This document shows positions 12,174 through 25,953 of a stretch of DNA of 64,000 nt, piece after piece. A program made the position numbers and the translations under genes. The stretch covers positions 26,598,001-26,662,000 of the forward strand of contig OZ024764.1 in NCBI GenBank assembly GCA_964016885.1. The letters run 5' to 3'. How positions within the stretch are numbered: position 1 is the stretch's first letter; each line of letters opens with the position of its first letter. The stretch comes from Eledone cirrhosa (lineage: Eukaryota). The notes below the pieces were generated by a model that saw only the letters and a list, made by a program, of their open reading frames with translations, was not told where the DNA came from and searched no databases.

Positions 12174-12339
12174 TGTTTCTATTTTAGGCACAAGGTCAGT
12201 AATTAACCAGTACATTACTGGTACTTTATTTTATCGACCCCGTAAGGATGAAAGGCAAAGTTGACCTCGGATCGTAAAGGGACGTAACTATGCTGGAAAG
12301 CATGGCGTCAGACCCTCTACCGATACTGCCAATTCACCA
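12174..12339 (-). mobile_element. tRNA-derived SINE, internally deleted
   Basis: tactggtactttattttatcgaccccgtaaggatgaaaggcaaagttgacctcgg core. The B-box segment is missing. Confidence 0.85.
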
Positions 12340-12529
12340 TACAGTATAATTATACAAATATGCATATAGATAGCAATATATATACACTAATATGTATGTA
12401 CATATTTACACATATGTACATATATATAGGGAGAGAGAGAGACACATGTATGTATATATATATACACATGCGTGTATGCATGTGTGTTTATGTACATTCT
12501 TCGGTATATATATCGGTATACACATTGGA

Positions 12530-12793
12530 GACACAGAGAGAGAGAGTTGAAACGAGAGGTGAGAGAGTTGAAACAAGAGAGGAGATGGTTGAAACACGAG
12601 GAGAGAGAGAGAGTTGAAACGAGAGGAGAGAGAGAGAGTTGAAACGAGGAGAGAGTTGAAACAAGAGGGTGAGGGGAGAGAGGAAGAGAGAGAGAGAGAG
12701 GAAGAGAGAGAGAGGGGATGAGAGAGAGGAATAGAGATAGAGGGGAAGAGAGAGAGGGGGAGAGAAGGGGATGAAACAACAGAGAGAGGGGAT

Positions 12794-12834
<41 letters not shown>

Positions 12835-15800
12835 ATTGAAACAAGAGAGAGATGAAACAAGTGAGGGATTAGAGAGAGATGAAACAAGTGAGGGATTAGA
12901 GTGTTGAAACAAGAGAGAGAGAGCGAGATGAAATGAGAGAAAGAGAGTGAGATGAAATGAGAGAGTGGGAGCGAGATGAAACGAGACAGGGAGAGCGAGA
13001 TGAAATGAGAGAGTTAGAGTGAGATGAAACGAGAGAGTGAGAGCGAGATGAAACGAGAGACAGAGAGCGCGAGATGACACGAGACAGAGAGCGAGATGAA
13101 ATGAGAGAGAGAGAGTGAGAGAGAGAGATGAAACGAGAGAGAGAGTGCGAGATGAAACGAGAGTGAGAGAGCGAGATGAAACGAGAGAGTGAGAGCGAGA
13201 TGAAATGAGAGAGAGAGAGAACGAGATGAAATGAGAGAGAGAGAGAGCGAGATGAAATGAGACATAGAGAGATGAAACGAGAGAGAGATGAAACGAGAAA
13301 GAGAGGAAACGAGAGAGAGGAAACGTGAGTAGAGAGCGAGATGAAACAGGAGCGAGAGAGCGAGATGAAACGAGAGGGAGAGAGAGATGAAACGAGAGCG
13401 AGAGAGAGATAGAGGGAAATGAAACGTCAGAGAGAGAGACAGATGAAACGAGGGATATAGAGATGAAACGAGAGAGAGAGATGAAACGAGAGAGAGGAAG
13501 AGAGAGATAGAACGAGAGAGAGGAAGAGAGAGATGAAACGAGAGAGAAGAAGAGAGAGGTGAAACGAGAGAGAGAGCGAGATGAAACGAGAGAGAGAGCG
13601 AGATGAAACGAGAGAGAGGAAGAGAGAGAGCGAGAGATGAAACTCTGTCATGGACATATCTGACCCTGGGGCTAATAATTGTCATGTAATGTTATGGACA
13701 TCTCTGCCCCTGTGGCTAATAATTCTGTCATGTAATGTTATGGACATCTCTGCCCCTGTGGCTAATAATTCTGTCATGTAATGTTATGGAAATCTCTGCC
13801 CCTGTGGCTAATAATTCTGACATGTAATGTTATGGAATCTCTGCCCCTGTGGCTAATAAATCTGTCATTTGATGTTACGGACATCTCTGCCCCTGTGGCT
13901 AATAAATCTGTCATGTAATGTTATGGACATCTCTGCCCCTGTGGCTAATAATTGTGACATGTAATGTTATGGACATCTCTGCCCCTGTAGCTAATAATTC
14001 TGACATGTAATGTTATGGACATCTCTGCCCCTGTTGCTAATAAATTCGTCATGTAATGTTATGGACATCTCTGCCCCTGTGGCTAATAAATCTGTCATGT
14101 AATGTTATGGACATCTCTGCCCCTGTGGCTAATAATTCTGACATGTAATGTTATGGACATCTCTGCCCCTGTGGCTAATAATTCTGACATGTAATGTTAT
14201 GGACATCTCTGCCCCTGTGGCTAATAATTCTGAGAGAGATGAAACAAGTGAGGGATTAGAGAGAGATGAAACAAGTGAGGGATTAGAGTGTTGAAACAAG
14301 AGAGAGAGAGGAAGAGAGAGTGAGAGCGAAATCAAACGAGAGAGAGCGAGATGAAATGAGAGAGTGAGAGCGAGATGAAACGAGAGAGAGAGAGAGAGAG
14401 AGCGAGATGAAATGAGAGAGAGAGAGCGAGATGAAATGAGAGAGAGAGAGCGAGATGAAACGAGACAGAGAGAGCGGGATGAAACGAGACAGAGAGAGCG
14501 AGAGCGAGATGAAACGAGACAGAGAGAGCGAGATGAAACGAGAGAGAGAGAGCGAGATGAAATGAGAGAGAGAGAGCGAGATAAAATGAGAGAGAGAGAG
14601 CGAGATGAAACGAGAGAGTGAGAGCGAGATGGAACGAGACAGAGAGAGCGAGATGAAACGAGAGTGGGAGAGCTAGATGAAACGAGAGAGAGAGGAAATG
14701 AGAGAGACGAAACGAGAGAGAGGAAACGAGAGTAGAGAGCGAGATGAAACAGGAGAGAGAGAGCGAGATGAAACAGGAGCGAGAGAGCGAGATGAAACGA
14801 GAGGGAGAGAGAGATGAAACGAGAGAGCGAGAGAGATATAGAGGGAGATGAAACGACAGAGAGAGAGACAGATGAAACGAGGGAGATAGAGATGAAACGA
14901 GAGAGAGAGATGAAACGAGAGAGAGGAAGAGAGAGATGGAACGAGAGAGAGGAAGAGAGAGATGGAACGAGAGAGAGGAAGACAGAGATGAAACGAGAGA
15001 GAGAGAGAGCAAGATGAAACGAGAGAGAGAGATGAAACGAGAGAGAGGAAGAGAGAGATGGAACGAGAGAGAGGAAGAGAGAGATGGAACGAGCGAGAGG
15101 AAGACAGAGATGAAACGAGACAGAGAGAGATCGAGATGAAACGAGAGAGAGGAAGAGAGAGAGCGCAAGATGAAACGAGAGAGAGATAGAGAGCGAGATG
15201 AAACGAGAGAGAGGAAGAGAGAGAGCGCGAGATGAAACGAGAGAGAGGAAGAGAGAGAGAGCGCGAGATGAAATGAGAGAGAGAGAGCGAGATGAAATGA
15301 GAGATTGAGAGTGAGATGAAACGAGAGAGTGAGAGAGAGCGAGATGAAATGAGAGAGAGAGAGCGAGATGAAATGAGAGGGAGAGAGAGCGAGATGAAAC
15401 GAGACAGAGAGAGCGGGATGAAACGAGACAGAGAGATCGAGATGAAATGAGAGAGAGAGAGCGAGATGAAATGAGAGAGAGAGAGCGAGATGAAACGAGA
15501 GAGTGAGAGCGAGATGGAACGAGTCAGAGAGAGCGAAATGAAACGAGAGAGTGAGAGCTAGATGAAACGAGAGAGAGAGGAAACGACAGAGAGTGGAAAC
15601 GAGAGAGAGGAAACGAGAGAGAGGAAACGAGAGTAGAGAGCAAGATGAAACAGGAGAGAGAGAGAGCGAGATGAAACCGGAGAGAGAGAGCGAGATGAAA
15701 CGAGAGGGAGGGAGAGATGAAACGAGAGAGCGAGAGAGAGATAGAGGGAGATGAAACGAGAGAGTGATAGCTAGATGAAACGAGAGAGAGAGGAATAGAG

Positions 15801-18800
15801 AGATGGAACGAGAGAGAGGAAGACAGATATGAAACGAGAGAGAGAGAGAGCGAGATGAAACGAGAGAGAGGAAGAGAGAGAGCGCGAGATGAAAGTCTGT
15901 CATGTAATGTTATGGACATATCTGCCCTTGGGGCTAATAATTGTCATGTAATGTTATGGACATATCTACCCTTGGGGCTAATAATTGTCATGTAATGTTA
16001 TGTACATCTCTGCCCCTGTGGCAAATAATTCTGTCATGTAATGTTATGGACATCTCTGTCCCTGTGGCTAATAATTATGTCATGTAATGTTATGGACATC
16101 TCTGCCCCTGTGGCTAATAATTCTGTCATGTAATGTTATGGACATCTCTGCCCCTGTGGCTAATAAATTCGTCATGTAATGTTATGGACATCTCTGCCCC
16201 TGTGGCTAATAAATCTGTCATGTAATGTTATGGACATCTCTGCCCCTGTGGCTAATAATTCTGACATGTAATGTTATGGATATCTCTGCCCCTGTGGCTA
16301 ATAATTCTGAGAGTGATGAAACAAGTGAGGGATAAGAGAGAGATGAAACAAATGAGGGATTAGAGTGTTGAAACAAGAGAGAGAGAGGAAGAGAGAGTGA
16401 GAGCGAGATCAAACGAGAGAGAGAGAGCGAGATGAAATGAGAGAGTGAGAGCGAGATGAAACGAGAGAGAGAGAGCGAGATGAAATGAGAGAGCGAGAGC
16501 GAGATGAAATGAGAGAGAGAGAGCGAGATGAAACGAGACAGAGAGAGCGAGATGAAACGAGAGAGAGAGGAAACGAGAGAGAGGATACGAGAGAGAGGAA
16601 ACGAGAGTAGAGAGCGAGATGAAACAGGAGAGAGAGAGCGAGATGAAACAGGAGAGAGAGAGCGAGATGAAACGAGAGGGTGAGAGAGATGAAACGAGAG
16701 AGCGAGAGAGAGATAGAGGGAGATGAAACGACAGAGAGAGAGACAGATGAAACGAGGGAGATAGAGATGAAACGAGAGAGAGAGATGAAACGAGAGAGAG
16801 GAAGAGAGAGATGGAACGAGAGAGAGGAAGAGAGAGATGGAACGAGAGAGAGGAAGACAGAGATGAAACGAGAGAGAGAGAGAGCGAGATGAAACGAGAG
16901 AGAGGAAGAGAGAACGCGAGATGAAACGAGAGAGAGAGAGAGCAAGATGAAACGAGAGAGAGGAAGAGAGAGAGCGCAAGATGAAACGAGAGAGAGAGCG
17001 CGAGATGAAAGTCTGTCATGTAATGTTATGGACATATCTGCCCTTGGGGCTAATAATTGTCATGTAATGTTATGGAAATCTCTGCCTCTGTGGCTAATAA
17101 TTCTTTCATGTAATGTTATGGACATCTCTGCCCCTGTGGCTAATAATTCTGTCATGTAATGTTATGGACATCTCTGCCCCTGTGGCTAATAAATCTGTCA
17201 TGTAATGTTATGGACATCTCTGCCCCTGTGGCTAATAATTCTGACATGTAATGTTATGGACATCTCTGCCCCTGTGGCTAATAAATATGACATGTAATGT
17301 TATGGACATCTCTGCCCCTGTGGCTAATAAATCTGTCATGTAATGTTATGGACATCTCTGCCCCTGTGGCTAATAATTCTGACATGTAATGTTATGGACA
17401 TCTCTGCCCCTGTGGCTAATAATTCTGAGAGAGATGAAACAAGTGAGGGATTAGAGAGAGATGAAACAAGTGAGGGATTAGAGTGTTGAAACAAGAGAGA
17501 GAGAGAGAGGAAGAGAGAGTGGGAGCGAAATCAAACGAGAGAGAGCGAGATGAAATGAGAGAGTGAGAGCGAGATGAAACGAGAGAGAGAGAGAGAGCGA
17601 GATGAAATGAGAGAGAGACAGCGAGATGAAATGAGAGAGAGAGAGCGAGATGAAACGAGACAGAGAGAGCGGGATGAAACGAGACAGAGAGAGCGAGAGC
17701 GAGATGAAACGAGACAGAGAGAGCGAGATGAAACGAGAGAGAGAGAGCGAGATGAAATGAGAGAGAGAGAGCGAGATGAAATGAGAGAGAGAGAGCGAGA
17801 TGAAACGAGAGAGTGAGAGCGAGATGGAACGAGACAGAGAGAGCGAGATGAAACGAGAGTGGGAGAGCTAGATGAAACGAGAGAGAGAGGAAACGAGAGA
17901 GACGAAACGAGAGAGAGGAAACGAGAGTAGAGAGCGAACTGAAACAGGATAGAGAGAGCGAGATGAAACAGTAGAGAGAGAGCGAGATGAAACGAGAGGG
18001 AGAGAGAGATGAAACGAGAGAGCGAGATAGAGGGAGATGAAACGACAGAGAGAGAGACAGATGAAACGAGGGAGATAGAGATGAAACGAGAGAGAGAGAT
18101 GAAACGAGAGAGAGGAAGAGAGAGATGGAACGAGAGAGAGGAAGGGAGAGATGGAACGAGAGAGAGGAAGACAGAGATGAAACGAGAGAGAGAGAGAGCA
18201 AGATGAAACGAGAGAGAGAGATGAAACGAGAGAGAGGAAGAGAGAGATGGAACGAGAGAGAGGAAGAGAGAGATGGAACGAGCGAGAGGAAGACAGAGAT
18301 GAAACGAGACAGAGAGAGATCGAGATGAAACGAGAGAGAGGAAGAGAGAGAGCGCAAGATGAAACGAGAGAGAGAGAGAGGAAGAGAGAGAGCGCGAGAT
18401 GAAATGAGAGAGAGAGAGCGAGATGAAATGAGAGATTGAGAGTGAGATGAAACGAGAGAGTGAGAGAGAGCGAGATGAAATGACAGAGAGAGAGCGAGAT
18501 GAAATGAGAGAGAGAGAGCGAGATGAAACGAGACAGAGAGAGCGGGATGAAACGAGACAGAGAGATCGAGATGAAATGAGAGAGAGAGAGCGAGATGAAA
18601 TGAGAGAGAGAGAGCGAGATGAAACGAGAGAGTGAGAGCGAGATGGAACGAGTCAGAGAGAGCGAGATGAAACGAGAGAGTGAGAGCTAGATGAAACGAG
18701 AGAGAGAGGAAACGAGAGAGAGAGGAAACGAGAGAGAGGAAACGAGAGAGAGGAAACGAGAGTAGAGAGCAAGATGAAACAGGAGAGAGAGAGAGCGAGA

Positions 18801-21800
18801 TGAAACCGGAGAGAGAGAGCGAGATGAAACGAGAGGGAGGGAGAGATGAAACGAGAGAGCGAGAGAGAGATAGAGGGAGATGAAACGAGAGAGTGATAGC
18901 TAGATGAAACGAGAGAGAGAGGAATAGAGAGATGGAACGAGAGAGAGGAAGACAGATATGAAACGAGAGAGAGAGAGAGCGAGATGAAACGAGAGAGAGG
19001 AAGAGAGAGAGCGCGAGATGAAACGAGAGAGAGAGAGCGAGATGAAACGAGAGAGAGAGCGAGATGAAACGAGAGAGAGGAAGAGAGAGAGCGCGAGATG
19101 AAAGTCTGTCATGTAATGTTATGGACATATCTGCCCTTGGGGCTAATAATTGTCATGTAATGTTATGGACATATCTACCCTTGGGGCTAATAATTGTCAT
19201 GTAATGTTATGTACATCTCTGCCCCTGTGGCAAATAATTCTGTCATGTAATGTTATGGATACCTCTGTCCCTGTGGCTAATAATTATGTCATGTAATGTT
19301 ATGGACATCTCTGCCCCTGTGGCTAATAATTCTGTCATGTAATGTTATGGACATCTCTGCCCCTGTGGCTAATAAATTCGTCATGTAATGTTATGGACAT
19401 CTCTGCCCCTGTGGCTAATAAATCTGTCATGTAATGTTTTGGACATCTCTTCCCCTGTGGCTAATAATTCTGACATGTAATGTTATGGATATCTCTGCCC
19501 CTGTGGCTAATAATTCTGAGAGAGATGAAACAAGTGAGGGATAAGAGAGAGATGAAACAAGTGAGGGATTAGAGTGTTGAAACAAGAGAGAGAGAGGAAG
19601 AGAGAGTGAGAGCGAGATCAAACGAGAGAGAGAGAGCGAGATGAAATGAGAGAGTGAGAGCGAGATGAAATGAGAGAGAGAGAGCGAGATGAAATGAGAG
19701 AGAGAGAGCGAGATGAAACGAGACAGAGAGAGCGAGGTGAAACGAGAGAGAGAGAGAGCGAAATGAAACGAGACAGATTAGAGCGAGATGAAACGAGAGA
19801 GAGAGAGCAAGATGAAATGAGAGAGAGAGAGCGAGATGAAACGAGAGAGTGAGAGCTAGAGGAAACGATAGAGACAGGAAACGAGAGAGAGAGGAAACGA
19901 GAGAGAGGATACGAGAGAGAGGAAACGAGAGTAAAGAGCGAGATGAAACAGGAGAGAGAGAGCGAGATGAAACGAGACAGAGAGAGCGAGGTGAAACGAG
20001 AGAGAGAGAGAGCGAAATGAAACGAGACAGATTAGAGCGAGATGAAACGAGAGAGAGAGAGCAAGATGAAATGAGAGAGAGAGAGCGAGATGAAACGAGA
20101 GAGTGAGAGCTAGAGGAAACGATAGAGACAGGAAACGAGAGAGAGAGGAAACGAGAGAGAGGATACGAGAGAGAGGAAACGAGAGTAAAGAGCGAGATGA
20201 AACAGGAGAGAGAGAGCGAGATGAAACAGGAGAGAGAGAGCGAGATGAAACGAGAGGGAGAGTGAGATGAAACGAGAGAGCGAGAGAGAGATAGAGGGAG
20301 ATGAAACGACAGAGAGAGAGACAGATGAAACGAGGGAGATAGAGATGAAACGAGAGAGAGAGATGAAACGAGAGAGAGGAAGAGAGAGATGGAACGAGAG
20401 AGAGGAAGAGAGAGATGGAACGAGAGAGAGGAAGACAGAGATGAAACGAGAGAGAGAGAGAGCGAGATGAAACGAGAGAGAGGAAGAGAGAGAACGCGAG
20501 ATGAAACGAGAGAGAGAGCAAGATGAAACGAGAGAGAGGAAGAGAGAGAGCGCAAGATGAAACGAGAGAGAGAGAGCGCGAGATGAAAGTCTGTCATGTA
20601 ATGTTATGGACATATCTGCCCTTGGGGCTAATAATTGTCATGTAATGTTATGGAAATCTCTGCCCCTGTGGCTAATAATTCTGTCATGTAATGTTATGGA
20701 CATCTCTGCCCCTGTGGCTAATAATTCTGTCATGTAATGTTATGGACATCTCTGCCCCTGTGGCTAATAAATCTGTCATGTAATGTTATGGACATCTCTG
20801 CCCCTGTGGCTAATAATTCTGACATGTAATGTTATGGACATCTCTGCCCCTGTGGCTAATAAATATGACATGTAATGTTATGGACATCTCTGCCCCTGTG
20901 GCTAATAAATCTGTCATGTAATGTTATGGACATCTCTGCCCCTGTGGCTAATAATTCTGACATGTAATGTTATGGACATCTCTGCCCCTGTGGCTAATAA
21001 ATCTGTCATGTAATGTTATGGACATCTCTGCCCCTGTGGCTAATAATTCTGACATGTAATGTTATGGACATCTCTGCCCCTGTGGCTAATAATTCTGTCA
21101 TGTAATGTTATGGACATCTCTGCCCCTGTGGCTAATAAATTCGTCATGTAATGTTATGGACATCTCTGCCCCTGTGGCTAATAAATCTGTCATGTAATGT
21201 TATGGACATCTCTGCCCCTGTGGCTAATAATTCTGACATGTAATGTTATGGATATCTCTGCCCCTGTGGCTAATAATTCTGAGAGAGATGAAACAAGTGA
21301 GGGATAAGAGAGAGATGAAACAAATGAGGGATTAGAGTGTTGAAACAAGAGAGAGAGAGGAAGAGAGAGTGAGAGCGAGATCAAACGAGAGAGAGAGAGC
21401 GAGATGAAATGAGAGAGTGAGAGCGAGATGAAACGAGAGAGAGAGAGCGAGATGAAATGAGAGAGCGAGAGCGAGATGAAATGAGAGAGAGAGAGCGAGA
21501 TGAAACGAGACAGAGAGAGCGAGATGAAACGAGAGAGAGAGAGAGCGAAATGAAACGAGACAGATTAGAGCGAGATGAAACGAGAGAGAGAGAGAGCGAG
21601 ATGAAATGAGAGAGAGAGAGCGAGATGAAACGAGAGAGTGAGAGCTAGAGGAAACGAGAGAGAGAGGAAACGAGAGAGAGGATACGAGAGAGAGGAAACG
21701 AGAGTAGAGAGCGAGATGAAACAGGAGAGAGAGAGCGAGATGAAACAGGAGAGAGAGAGCGAGATGAAACGAGAGGGAGAGAGAGATGAAACGAGAGAGC

Positions 21801-24800
21801 GAGAGAGAGATAGAGGGAGATGAAACGACAGAGAGAGAGACAGATGAAACGAGGGAGATAGAGATGAAACGAGAGAGAGAGATGAAACGAGAGAGAGGAA
21901 GAGAGAGATGGAATGAGAGAGAGGAAGAGAGAGATGGAACGAGAGAGAGGAAGACAGAGATGAAACGAGAGAGAGAGAGAGAGCGAGATGAAACGAGAGA
22001 GAGGAAGAGAGAACGCGAGATGAAACGAGAGAGAGAGAGAGCAAGATGAAACGAGAGAGAGGAAGAGAGAGAGCGCAAGATGAAACGAGAGAGAGAGCGC
22101 GAGATGAAAGTCTGTCATGTAATGTTATGGACATATCTGCCCTTGGGGCTAATAATTGTCATGTAATGTTATGGAAATCTCTGCCTCTGTGGCTAATAAT
22201 TCTTTCATGTAATGTTATGGACATCTCTGCCCCTGTGGCTAATAATTCTGTCATGTAATGTTATGGACATCTCTGCCCCTGTGGCTAATAAATCTGTCAT
22301 GTAATGTTATGGACATCTCTGCCCCTGTGGCTAATAATTCTGACATGTAATGTTATGGACATCTCTGCCCCTGTGGCTAATAAATATGACATGTAATATT
22401 ATGGACATCTCTGCCCCTGTGGCTAATAAATCTGTCATGTAATGTTATGGACATCTCTGCCCCTGTGGCTAATAATTCTGACATGTAATGTTATGGACAT
22501 CTCTGCCCCTGTGGCTAATAATTCTGAGAGAGATGAAACAAGTGAGGGATTAGAGAGAGATGAAACAAGTGAGGGATTAGAGTGTTGAAACAAGAGAGAG
22601 AGAGAGGAAGAGAGAGTGAGAGCGAAATCAAACGAGAGAGAGCGAGATGAAATGAGAGAGTGAGAGCGAGATGAAACGAGAGAGAGAGAGAGAGCGAGAT
22701 GAAATGAGAGAGAGAGAGAGCGAGATGAAATGAGAGAGAGAGAGCGAGATGAAACGAGACAGAGAGAGCGGGATGAAACGAGACAGAGAGAGCGAGAGCG
22801 AGATGAAACGAGACAGAGAGAGCGAGATGAAACGAGAGAGAGAGAGCGAGATGAAATGAGAGAGAGAGAGCGAGATGAAACGAGAGAGTGAGAGCGAGAT
22901 GGAACGAGACAGAGAGAGCGAGATGAAACGAGAGTGGGAGAGCTAGATGAAACGAGAGAGAGAGGAAACGAGAGAGACGAAACGAGAGAGAGGAAACGAG
23001 AGTAGAGAGCGAGATGAAACAGGAGAGAGAGAGCGAGATGAAACAGGAGAGAGAGAGCGAGATGAAACGAGAGGGAGAGAGAGATGAAACGAGAGAGCGA
23101 GAGAGAGATAGAGGGAGATGAAACGACAGAGAGAGAGACAGATGAAACGAGGGAGATAGAGATGAAACGAGAGAGAGAGATGAAACGAGAGAGAGGAAGA
23201 GAGAGATGGAACGAGAGAGAGGAAGGGAGAGATGGAACGAGAGAGAGGAAGACAGAGATGAAACGAGAGAGAGAGAGAGCAAGATGAAACGAGAGAGAGA
23301 GATGAAACGAGAGAGAGGAAGAGAGAGATGGAACGAGAGAGAGGAAGAGAGAGATGGAACGAGCGAGAGGAAGACAGAGATGAAACGAGACAGAGAGAGA
23401 TCGAGATGAAACGAGAGAGAGGAAGAGAGAGAGCGCAAGATGAAACGAGAGAGAGAGAGAGAGCGAGATGAAACGAGAGAGAGGAAGAGAGAGAGCGCGA
23501 GATGAAACGAGAGAGAGGAAGAGAGAGAGCGCGAGATGAAATGAGAGAGAGAGAGCGAGATGAAATGAGAGATTGAGAGTGAGATGAAACGAGAGTGTGA
23601 GAGAGAGCGAGATGAAATGACAGAGAGAGAGCGAGATGAAATGAGAGAGAGAGAGCGAGATGAAACGAGACAGAGAGAGCGGGATGAAACGAGACAGAGA
23701 GATCGAGATGAAATGAGAGAGAGAGAGCGAGATGAAATGAGAGAGAGAGAGCGAGATGAAACGAGAGAGTGAGAGCGAGATGGAACGAGTCAGAGAGAGC
23801 GAGATGAAACGAGAGAGTGAGAGCTAGATGAAACGAGAGAGAGAGGAAACGAGAGAGAGAGGAAACGAGAGAGAGGAATCGAGAGAGAGGAAACGAGAGT
23901 AGAGAGCAAGATGAAACAGGAGAGAGAGAGAGCGAGATGAAACCGGAGAGAGAGAGCGAGATGAAACGAGAGGGAGGGAGAGATGAAACGAGAGAGCGAG
24001 AGAGAGATAGAGGGAGATGAAACGAGAGAGTGATAGCTAGATGAAACGAGAGAGAGAGGAATAGAGAGATGGAACGAGAGAGAGGAAGACAGATATGAAA
24101 CGAGAGAGAGAGAGAGAGCGAGATGAAACGAGAGAGAGGAAGAGAGCGCGAGATGAAACGAGAGAGAGAGAGCGAGATGAAACGAGAGAGAGAGCGAGAT
24201 GAAACGAGAGAGAGGAAGAGAGAGAGCGCGAGATGAAAGTCTGTCATGTAATGTTATGGACATATCTGCCCTTGGGGCTAATAATTGTCATGTAATGTTA
24301 TGGACATATCTACCCTTGGGGCTAATAATTGTCATGTAATGTTATGTACATCTCTGCCCCTGTGGCAAATAATTCTGTCATGTAATGTTATGGACACCTC
24401 TGTCCCTGTGGCTAATAATTATGTCATGTAATGTTATGGACATCTCTGCCCCTGTGGCTAATAAATTCGTCATGTAATGTTATGGACATCTCTGCCCCTG
24501 TGGCTAATAAATCTGTCATGTAATGTTTTGGACATCTCTTCCCCTGTGGCTAATAATTCTGACATGTAATGTTATGGATATCTCTGCCCCTGTGGCTAAT
24601 AATTCTGAGAGAGATGAAACAAGTGAGGGATAAGAGAGAGATGAAACAAGTGAGGGATTAGAGTGTTGAAACAAGAGAGAGAGAGGAAGAGAGAGTGAGA
24701 GCGAGATCAAACGAGAGAGAGAGAGCGAGATGAAATGAGAGAGTGAGAGCGAGATGAAACGAGAGAGAGAGAGCGAGATGAAATGAGAGAGAGAGAGCGA

Positions 24801-25953
24801 GATGAAATGAGAGAGAGAGAGCGAGATGAAACGAGACAGAGAGAGCGAGGTGAAACGAGAGAGAGAGCGAAATGAAACGAGACAGATTAGAGCGAGATGA
24901 AACGAGAGAGAGAGAGAGCAAGATGAAATGAGAGAGAGAGAGCGAGATGAAACGAGAGAGTGAGAGCTAGAGGAAACGATAGAGAGAGGAAACGAGAGAG
25001 AGAGGAAACGAGAGAGAGGATACGAGAGAGAGGAAACGAGAGTAGAGAGCGAGATGAAACAGGAGAGAGAGAGCGAGATGAAACAGGAGAGAGAGAGCGA
25101 GATGAAACGAGAGGGAGAGTGAGATGAAACGAGAGAGCGAGAGAGAGATAGAGGGAGATGAAACGACACAGAGAGAGACAGATGAAACGAGGGAGATAGA
25201 GATGAAACGAGAGAGAGAGATGAAACGAGAGAGAGGAAGAGAGAGATGGAACGAGAGAGAGGAAGAGAGAGATGGAACGAGAGAGAGGAAGACAGAGATG
25301 AAACGAGAGAGAGAGAGAGCGAGATGAAACGAGAGAGAGGAAGAGAGAGAACGCGAGATGAAACGAGAGAGAGAGCAAGATGAAACGAGAGAGAGGAAGA
25401 GAGAGAGCGCAAGATGAAACGAGACAGAGAGAGCGCGAGATGGAAGTCTGTCATGTAATGTTATGGACATATCTGCCCTTGGGGCTAATAATTGTCATGT
25501 AATGTTATGGAAATCTCTGCCCCTGTGGCTAATAATTCTGTCATGTAATGTTATGGACATCTCTGCCCCTGTGGCTAATAAATCTGTCATGTAATGTTAT
25601 GGACATCTCTGCCCCTGTGGCTAATAAATCTGTCATGTAATGTTATGGACATCTCTGCCCCTGTGGCTAATAATTCTGACATGTAATGTTATGGACATCT
25701 CTGCCCCTGTGGCTAATAAATATGACATGTAATGTTATGGACATCTCTGCCCCTGTGGCTAATAAATCTGTCATGTAATGTTATGGACATCTCTGCCCCT
25801 GTGGCTAATAATTCTGACATGTAATGTTATGGACATCTCTGCCCCTGTGGCTAATAAATCTGTCATGTAATGTTATGGACATCTCTGCCCCTGTGGCTAA
25901 TAATTCTGACATGTAATGTTATGGACATCTCTGCCCCTGTGGCTAATAATTCT
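12530..25953 (+). repeat. Composite satellite, left arm (GA on top strand): eight GA-rich cassettes alternating with 46-bp arrays
   Basis: 46-bp unit tgtcatgtaatgttatggacatctctgcccctgtggctaataattc (period 46, e.g. 13681 to 13727). Arrays at ~13644-14232, 15896-16308, 17012-17427, 19104-19518, 20589-21281, 22110-22526, 24239-24607, 25446-25953. Cassettes are made of (GA)n-GCGAGATGAAA(C/T) modules. Confidence 0.97.

Noticed and set aside
14248-14290. gagggattagag in cassette heads as telomere-like sequence
   Set aside because: There is no tandem TTAGGG, only about one permuted unit.
13644-25953. CRISPR-like appearance of conserved repeats separated by variable blocks
   Set aside because: The 46-bp units are directly tandem, the intervening blocks are homologous low-complexity cassettes rather than unique spacers, there are no cas genes, and the context is eukaryotic.
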